From assembly GCA_964234715.1 (NCBI GenBank), contig OZ174275.1: DNA of 64,000 bases; one strand, given 5' to 3'. Below are positions 55,524 to 64,000 of this stretch, piece by piece. This DNA is from Podarcis melisellensis (taxonomy: Eukaryota). Made by a program: the position numbers and the translations under genes. Below the pieces are notes generated by a model. The model saw only the letters and a list, made by a program, of their open reading frames with translations, searched no databases and was not told where the DNA came from. Positions within the stretch are counted from its first letter, which is position 1. Every line of letters begins with the position of its first letter.

Positions 55524-58500
55524 CTCTAGACTTTCAGAGCCCATAAAAGGTCCAGATCCAGGTATTTCGTACAGTGGAGCTTTAAGGGTGAGATTTCCTT
55601 TTAGAAAAGAGATACTCATAATCGCAAAGATGTGGGATGGGGGGCTTGTTGCCCAACAATGTGTGTGACTTCTCAATATAAATTCTCAATATAAATTGGA
55701 TCCAGAAGCTTGTTTCTATGTCAGGTGGAAAGCTCCCCCCCGCCCCACTCCACAGAGGGTAGCATTCACTCAGAGCTGTAATGAGTGACCTGCTGACAGT
55801 GGGAGGGACAAAAGCCAATAGTGGGTAGGGCCAACCAGTCTCCACCCCACCCTGACCAGCAGACTGCCAAATAACAAAGAGGTTTCTCTTCACAGAGGCT
55901 GAAGTGATTGCTTTGTTTACTAGGCTCCCAGCATCCTTGCTGAAACATGAGCACTGTTCCTCTCTCAATGATCCAGTATTTTAAGCTCAGGGCCCACCAA
56001 AGAAGTCATGACATATGTCACCCTTTTGCGCCACTTGAGATTGATGTATTACGTCACTTGGAGCATTACACATACCTTCATGACAAAAGGGCCTCCACTG
56101 TCACCTTCGCAGGCGTCTCCTCTTTGAGAATCTTCAGGGCTGTACCCTAAACAACAAGAAAAGGCATTTGAGATTGACAATAGTGAATTCAATCTCTTCT
56201 GTTTTCCTTTTGCTGCTTTTCATCTTCTGATACTTAATCTTTTAGAAATCAGTGCCTGTGTACTGGCTTCTCAAGCAACCAGAAATCTTTTCCCAGAAAG
56301 TGGGGATCAGCCCTTAGTTAACTAAAAATGGGATCTAGCTCCATAAATTTCCCTGTTGCTTTCACTATTCTTCCATTTATTGTCATTTCAGTATGAATTG
56401 GGATTGGACTGTGTGTTTCTGTACAGCAATGTGAGGTAGATCAGATATGCTAGGGGACCCAGTTATGGATCTCTGCAGCCTGTTTTCATCACTCCATGTA
56501 TTTGCTTCACCATGTGTATATCTGCCTCATATGTACAGGATACAAGCAAATTACCTGCTAAATGTATGAAGCACTCCTGTCTCACCTCTTGAGCTTCAAC
56601 CTACTTTGTGTTTCTTCTTAGCTGAGCTTTGTCAAAGGCACAGCCTGGTGTCTAGCCTGGATTTTCATCACACTGCCCACATGAATACAATATTTCCTCT
56701 CCCCACTCCAGGCTGGGAGTTCCTGGCCTGTTGCAATTTTGCTCAGGGCCTGGTGCTAGCTTGGCCAAGTTTCTCACCTGACTGGTGGTGCCTTCCTTAA
56801 CATTAAATTAGAGGACATCTTGTAGGCTTATGGGTCTTCCTATTTTGTGCAGCAGCTTCACTCAGGGAACAGTACTAGCCAGACCAAAGGGAAATATCCC
56901 TCCCTTAGACACAGCTGGAGGCCACTGAGGTATTGCCCAGTTTGTGATGGGAGGCCACTTGTCAAGATTCTCCAGTCAGGGAGTTCAGATTGTCACCAGC
57001 CAAGGGGATTGGTGGTAGGAGTATTTATATGGTGAAGGAGAGTTCTGGCTGTCTTACAGTGGTAATCATCTCTCATCCCAGTTCAGATTGGCTCATACTC
57101 TCCTTCCCTTGAAACATGTGGCTTGGGCTCACTTCCAGTTGAAATCGTTAGCATTTCCTTCAGTATTCCCAAACACACAGATACATAACCTCACCAGTTT
57201 CTCCCTCGGTTGAAAGAACGTATCTGTCAGGGGCTCAGGAGCAGAGGCACAGGAGAGGGAGGAAATGGAGAGCGAGGGGGAGGAATCCGAGGGGAGCGTA
57301 AGCGATGACAGTGGTCCGAGGAATTCCCTGAGTCTCTCCAGCGAATTGGAAGATTCACAGAAGGGGGCGCCCATGGCCAGAGCAAGGGGGGTGCCTAGGG
57401 GGACACCCCAGGAAGAAGGGACCAGAGGGGACTCAGAGCAGCAGTTGGAAATCAGGACCAGCTTCCCCACCAGAGCGCAGTGGGGGGGAGGAGTCCCAGG
57501 TATCGGGATCAGGCTGCTCACCACCAGCGAGAGGAGATGAGTCAGGATTGACCACGCCTCCATCGGAGAGCGCGGAAACGGTCGAGAGGAAGGTTGGAGG
57601 CTGGGCGCGCGCGCCAAGTTCAAATGTACAGGCGAGCGGCACAGCAGGTAGCCCGGATAGGGAGCCAGGTCCTAAAGCCCGCCGGAAGGAGGGACAAGAG
57701 TCAGGGGGGTCAGCGTCAGAAGAGTCCAGAAAGGAGGAGACCCCGGGGGGCAGAAGGACCCAGAGGAGGAAAGAACAACGGAAGAGGTGGAGTAAGGCTA
57801 GAGTCTTAAACTGGTGTACCGGGGGCGGAGACTCAGACGGAGCTTCGCCGGTCTAGGTTCTAGACGTAGAGCTGCACGCTGAGGCTTGTAAATGGAAACT
57901 GAACTTCAATAAAGACTTTTGTACATTACAACCGGCTAGCGTTGGTCCTCTGTGAGCTGGGACCTGGAGGCAGCTCTGACAGTATCAGATGCTAAGGAAA
58001 ACGTACCTGCACAGAACATGTTGTCTGTGACTCTAATCTTGGTGGATGCCTTGCAAGTTTCCCGTGGCACAATAGGGAGGTTCACCTGCTGTAGTATGCC
58101 AGGCAGAGGTGACCTGCCAGAGGTCCATGTCTCTTGTAGGTTTCCCCAACCAGTCACACGCCCTTTGTATCCCGTTAGCATCAGGCTACAGAACAAAAAA
58201 CAACACAAACCCCAGTAGCTTAAAATCATTTTGGCTGACATTTGTAGGCAAAACATGTTTCCTTTTGTTATGTATATGTAATGGTTTGTCTTAATCCTAA
58301 TTACACTGCTCCAAACAAAAAACTGGTGTCTCTTGTGTGTGCTGAATTCTTCAGCAGAGACCAGGGTGCTACAGGAAGGAAGGCACCCACGGTGAAGTCC
58401 TCTGTAGGTATCTAGAGCACATAGGGAAGGAAGCAAGGCTAGACTCCAGCAATAAATGGCAAGTTACATCAAACAGGATGTTTCCATTTTGCTCTTTGCA

Positions 58501-61500
58501 AAATCCCGAGTTTTCCAGACTGGCTGTGCTCTCATTGTATTTCTTCAACTGTGGGAATAGAAACACTCCTTAAACACACACTGTCTGTCTCACGTGTGCA
58601 TGACCCCTGGCCTACAAGGTGCAATGGCTGTGGATGTACAAACCACGCATACTTTACTCTGCATTCGGCCTCTTTTGCACACAGCTGCCACATGTGCATT
58701 CTATTAGGCAAGAAGAACAAACACCATCCCTACCAGTAAATCCATCATTTGTCTTAAGGTTCAGATCTTCCACCCCAGGTCTGCACATGGGGCTCCTTTT
58801 GCAATCAGTACTTTGGACTAGGCACTCACGGTTAAGATCCGTCTAAACTTAGGCTCCCTATTCATTTTGTACTCTTTGCCCATCTCTACTTTTTAATTCA
58901 GCGCAAATGGCTGAGAAGTGTGTGTCCGGCCAGCTTCCTAAAATCCTTCTGCTAGGATATCAAGTGTTCTACCCATTCTCTTTAGGCAACCCACCTTCTG
59001 TTGCAGGCAACTCCCTTCAGGAAACAGAACCCTTAAAGCAGGGGTGGGGAACGCTTTTCAGCTTGAGGGCCACATACCCTCATAAACTGTCTTCTGGGGG
59101 CCACATACCAATGTAGCTACTGCTACTACTGGGAAAATATGAACGGTTATGTCCTATATATAAGAGCTCCAGCTTCATTTGTCTGCCTTATTCAGTTCAT
59201 GGCAACCAGCGCCTGTCCAATAAATTTTGCTGCCTGAGGCAAAGAACCAAATGGTGTCCCAAGTAGAAAACCCGACTGGACTAGTCTTTGGATTTTACTT
59301 CAGTAATGGCAACAGGACAGGGTCCTCTACCATGTCTGAGGACAGCAGGCTAGCTCAGAAGATGCAGGACAGCTTGAGTGGTACACAAACATCTTGCTGC
59401 TGCTCCCTACCACCCAGCATCCACTGCCTCAGTCTGCCTAATAGCAGGACCAGGCCTGGTGACAACTTGCATCCTGCTAGTGAAGACTACCCACCTTCAG
59501 TGGAAGGCAGAAAGGGATTCATTAGTCAATCCTAAGGTTGCCTTTTCCCAGTGTTGCTGCCATTCCAGATTTTATCAGGGGTAAAACTGGGAAGATGCAT
59601 GTTTGAGGACACTCACAATCTACTTAGGTGATGACACAATGTCTGGATGGGCCAACTGTCCCCCTCACCAAAGGTTTACAAACCACTAACTTAACTTGAC
59701 AGGTTCCCTATCATTTTGAATGGGGCTGCTCCCATTACAACCATCACCTTCTGTCTCCTTACCTTTGAACAATCTCTTTAGTGGGTAAACAGACTGGATG
59801 TATATAGTTGCTGAACTCAACGGGCTTCTTCAGTAGTAACAGTGCAATGTCCCGGTCTAGATTCTCCTTCCAATTGTACTTGGGGTGAATGATGACTTTC
59901 TCTATCAACATAATTTTCTCCATGGTCCTCTCATAGCTGAAACATTTCCCCAAAAAAGAGAGAGAAGCAATTGACATATTTAAATACTGTCATCAGGATG
60001 CCTTCAACTTGACTACAGTTTACAATAAGCCCAAGCCAAGTAGATGGTGAAATAGGACTTCTGGAGGCTCCTTAATTGTGGCAAGGGAAAAAAATACAGG
60101 TTGTATGTTCAGATAATGTGTCTCCATGGGAACTAATTGCTAGGGAATTACTTTTTGATACAGGAACACTCTGGGATGTACTGGATAGGAATGAAAGATT
60201 ATAGAAGTGGGGGCATAAGCATAACCCCCTCCCCTAAGTAAGAATGATGTAATCTAGGTCTGTTGTTTTTTTCTGGGCAAGAGAACGAAGGAGACTACAG
60301 TTTTCAGTCAGAAAGAGCTGACTTTATGGGCTATTCAAGTTCAGAGAAATTGCCTTCAATAGAGTTGCCTCTCTCTGCAGGTCAGGCAATCAAACCGGCT
60401 TTCTGTATATTTGTCAATAAACTTTAAAAACGCCATAACCTTCCAGAGACCTCCATACAAAGGAAACCAAAGCTGGGTAAATGCTAAGCACCTGGGACTT
60501 CTGACCATTTGGCATAGTGGGGCAAGCCTAAGAATATTTAAAATGTGCATACTTTGAATTTAGTGTGTGGATGCATGACACCTTGGATCCTGGAAGATTT
60601 CCCTTGACACCAAGAAGCATGGTTAGTGTTCTGCATGCCCAGAATCAATTCTGACTAAACGTCAGGAAGAACTTTCTGGTGGCAAGAGATGTTTGGCAGT
60701 GGAACAGACTCCCACAAGAGGTGGTGGACTCTTTCCCTGGAGGTTTTTAAGCAGAGGTTGGATGGCCATCTGTCACAGATGCTGAGATTCCTGCATTGCA
60801 GGGGGTTGAACTAGATGACCCTCAAGGTCCCTTCCAATTCTACAATTCTAGGATTTTTGTCTGCGTCCCCAAATGGTTTTCCTTTTCCCATATAGAAAAG
60901 AGGCATTTATATAGAGCTCTTATGGCCTATGGTCAGTATGTAATTTGAAATATTTATAATTTCCTTGCCAATCTCTTACACCTTCCGGTCGTGTTTGCCA
61001 ATCCGTACAATGATGTCGTCTTTAGTGAAATTCTTATCCCAAGGTGGGTAGAAGATGCAATGGGCAGCAGTTAGGATCCAGCGATTACTGATGAGACTGG
61101 CTCCACATAGCAGCTCCTGGGGGCTCTTCCTGAACAGCATCACTTGCCTAGAACAAAATAGGCAGGGAAAGAGAGGCAAGGCTCAGTGTCTTAGCCGAAA
61201 TAGCACATGACCAGAGCACAGGCTGCAGAGAACAAAACAGACTAGCATCTTTCTACTGCACTGACAGGCCATTCTTGTGCTTCAAAGGAAGAACGAGGCA
61301 GAAACACAAATTGCGAAAGTCTCTTCCTAGAGTTGCTAGTGCCATTTACGGAGTTCCGAAAGGTCACCCATCCATGCAAAAGAGTAGACAGGCATGGGAA
61401 AGGAACATAAGCAAACCTCAGTTATGATGCTTACCATGGGGAACTGCCTTTTTCAGCATCGGATCCCTTCACAATTCGGCCTGCCAGATAGGAGTCCAGC

Positions 61501-63541
61501 AGCTCCTGCTCAGTCTTATCAGATACGTGCTGCTTCTCAAACAGAGGACGAGAACCACAGTCTGGAAATACAGATCCATTCTTCTGTAACTACCCAGTTC
61601 TCAAATGTGAACATACCTTTCATAAGCTAGCATTTCTGCTACAAGAAAATAATAATTGACGGTGACTAAGACATTGACCCGGAGCTGGAATTTTATCTCA
61701 TCTTGTTGGAAAGGTGAACAATGGGAGTTGATTTGGAGCATAGGTTCAGTCCTGGACAGTCTATATAAAATGCTGTTTTTATTCCTTTCAAAAGGTTTAC
61801 ATGAGTGCCAGCTAGATTATTGGACTTATGCTATTCCACCCTTAAGTTAAGGGATGCTAAGAAACTCTGGCTGGATAGGACCATGTCTGAATGGATGGGG
61901 AGAGCATCCCCTTGTAGCCCACCTCCTGAATGTTCTGGGGGATCTTCTGGTTAGATGCTTCTGTTATAGCTCTGATCTCACTGGGGAATGGACAGGGTCA
62001 TCAACAGTATCACCCCTAAGTGCCCACTCTGGCACCATGGAGCCTGAAACACACTTGGTTCTCCAATGAGCTTTGGACAATGAAGCACATCATGTGACTG
62101 CAACAGTACAAGCGGCATCTTGCACCAAGGCCAACCAAGTACAGGTCAGAGCATATGACACCATTGTGTCCTTGGGTCTGGCAGAGGTATTTTTTGTTTT
62201 TTTGAGCTAGTGAATGTTGGCTCCTATTATTTAGTTAGTTAGTTATTTAGTTAGTTAGTATACCGTCTTTCATTCACAACATAAAAATACAAAATGAGAA
62301 CACAGAATACATAATAAAACAAACCAATAAGCCCCTCCCACAAAAACACTTAAAAGGATATAGGATGTTAATCAGCCATAGGCCTGGTTGAAAAGGAATG
62401 TTTTCGCCTGGCATCTAAAGGTGTACAAGGAAGGCTGTGAGTGCATGGAAAGTTTCTGATCAATTAAAAAGGTTCCACTGATTATATGAGGGGGAGCAGC
62501 CACTGTCTGAAAAGAGACATTTCCCTCCCCCCATTCACTCAAGAGGAATTGCCTCTTCAAAAATGATAGTCTGCTTCTTGCTTCAGCAGAACTGGGTTGA
62601 GCCATTCTCAGGCAGTGTGTGCTTGAGAAGCAGCAGGCACTGAATTGACATCAGGTTCTTTCATCAGATGGCATCTCCCTCACCGAGGCAAGTCAGGGCC
62701 ACAGGAGAAATGGGATTTCATCAGGTCCAACCCATGCCATAATTTTCCAAAAATGAGATAAACAAGAATATTCACACCAACTAGGAAAAAATTAGCCTGA
62801 GGAGAGTTTGGAGAGATAACCAACCGTATAAGTGGCTGCTTCAATGAAGGCAGGAAAGCAAACTGGATTCTAGAAGAGCCTGCTTGCTTTTCTGCCTTTG
62901 ACCACAAGGTGGGGCCAGTAACCACAATCAGCAAGAAGAGAAACCATTCCAGCCCCTGTGCCAATACAGTACAGTGGTGCCTCGCAAGACGAAATTAATC
63001 CGTTCCGTGAGGCTCTTCGTATAGCGGTTTTTTCGTCTTGCGAAGCAAGCCCATTGACAGCTTAGCGGATTAGCGCTACGGCTGTCAAGTGGCTTCCAGC
63101 GATCAGCTGTTAAGCGGCTTATCAGCAGAACAGCTGATAAGCGGCTTAGCGGCTTAAGAAAAGGGCGGAAAAAAGCGGAAAAAACCCGCGGGGGGATGCA
63201 AGATTTTTTTCGTCTTGCGAAGCAACCCCATAGGGGAATTTGTTTTGCGAAGCGCCTCCAAAACGGAAAACCCTTTCGTCTAGCGGGTTTTTCGTCTTGC
63301 GAGGCGTTCGTCTTGCGGGGCACCACTGTATTAAAAAAGGTCCGATAATTCAGCAATGTGTTGTACGAAGAAGCTGTGGCTTAATTAATTGTTATTTTTC
63401 TTTCTTTTGACTTTATCTTGGCCCTCTCACCTGCTTCACCTTGACCAAACGTCTTAGGATCAAAGAAGGTTTTGTGTTCTTGGACAGTAGTCCGGCCTGC
63501 TCTTTGCTCATCCTCATAATCGAAATCATCCACAAAACTTT
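55267..63541 (-). CDS. F2: Prothrombin (coagulation factor II), 3' part: seven exons; 5' exons lie beyond the window end
   Basis: Activation site R|IVKG, triad TAAHC/DRDIAL/GDSGGP, 60-loop YPPWDKNF, Na+ loop CDRDGKYG; consistent splice phases; F2-CKAP5 synteny. Confidence 0.97.
55492..55521. repeat. (CAG)10 microsatellite in last F2 intron
   Basis: Perfect run. Confidence 0.95.
56076..56146 (-). CDS. F2: F2 exon 13
   Basis: [24 protein letters not shown] (catalytic Ser). Confidence 0.95.
57225..57981 (+). mobile_element. Solo LTR (757 bp) of an LTR retroelement
   Basis: TGTCAG...CTGACA ends, perfect 5-bp TSD GTATC (57220-24, 57982-86), AATAAA 57908-13, CpGs intact. Confidence 0.9.
58007..58185 (-). 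CDS. F2: F2 exon 12
   Basis: [16 protein letters not shown]...DNMFCA; AG/GT. Confidence 0.95.
59763..59936 (-). CDS. F2: F2 exon 11
   Basis: YERTMEK...NLDRDIALL...HPVCLP; AG/GT. Confidence 0.95.
60648..60855 (+). mobile_element. CR1 LINE 3' end
   Basis: aggaagaactttct...cagtggaacagactccc...gaggtttttaagcagaggttgga...cccttccaattctacaattcta. Confidence 0.85.
60980..61147 (-). CDS. F2: F2 exon 10
   Basis: [18 protein letters not shown]...TAAHC...YPPWDKNF; AG/GT. Confidence 0.95.
61435..61561 (-). CDS. F2: F2 exon 9
   Basis: [10 protein letters not shown]...YLAGR|[14 protein letters not shown]; AG/GT. Confidence 0.95.
62230..62430 (-). mobile_element. L2 3' end fragment
   Basis: Minus strand [15 protein letters not shown] followed by A/T-rich UTR and (TAAC/TAAA) tail. 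Confidence 0.65.
62972..63328. mobile_element. Tigger/pogo-like MITE, family A (357 bp)
   Basis: TA flanks; TIR CAGTGGTGCC(T/C)CGCAAGACGAA; near-identical to 29806 copy. Confidence 0.92.
63431..63541 (-). CDS. F2: F2 exon 8
   Basis: [16 protein letters not shown]|[20 protein letters not shown]; AG/GT. Confidence 0.93.
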
Positions 63542-64000
63542 CTGAAAGAGAAGACCGGGGCGGAGAAGAACTTAATTCACAGAAGAGTCAGTCTCTTCAT
63601 TCCTGCTAAATCTACTTTCTACAATGGCCAGATACAAGCAGGGGCGGGGGGCTATCTCCTGCACTTTCAAAAGTTATGTGTGTGTGTGGGGGGGTGTTCA
63701 GCAGGTGTTTCTTGTATGGCCATCTCCTTTTCTACAAGAGGGGTAGGCAGAAGAAAGATTGGGATCTGTGGGGAGGTCTTGGGGTGATTCGCAATCTCAC
63801 TCCCAGTTGTCTAGCAATAAGTTAAGCTTCCCATGCCATGTTCTAAAAGGATGAAAAAGAGTGATTGGGTGAAAATCCAGAGCAGGTTTGTGGTTCTGTT
63901 TACTGATCACAACTTTCTGGGCTCAACATGCATTCTTATCATATGTCTGCCTGGCTGGGACATTATTTTGCACTTGGCTGTGGCTGGTGGACCTCAGGGG

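Overview
Eukaryotic (squamate reptile, probably a lacertid lizard such as Podarcis, judged from a POM-type Sauria SINE) genomic window. The + strand carries the complete CKAP5 (ch-TOG/XMAP215) gene: CpG-island promoter at ~1.7-2.9 kb, 43 constitutive coding exons (ATG 9007 to TGA 52084; I summed them to 6102 nt, 2033 aa, with all splice phases consistent), one GC-AG intron, two extra frame-preserving cassette exons (69 nt and a 24-nt microexon), and the intronic U6-guiding snoRNA SNORD67 with a U6 5' fragment 72 nt downstream. The - strand carries the 3' half of F2 (prothrombin; equivalents of exons 8-14, including the full thrombin domain), convergent with CKAP5. Introns hold many TEs: TA-flanked Tigger/pogo-like MITEs (one inflated to 1.8 kb by 60-bp and 160-bp hairpin tandem arrays), a hAT MITE, Sauria and Squam3-like SINEs, L2/CR1 fragments and a young solo LTR with internal ORFs. 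Most long ORFs in the supplied track are repeat artefacts. Family names and human comparisons are from memory, not from searches.
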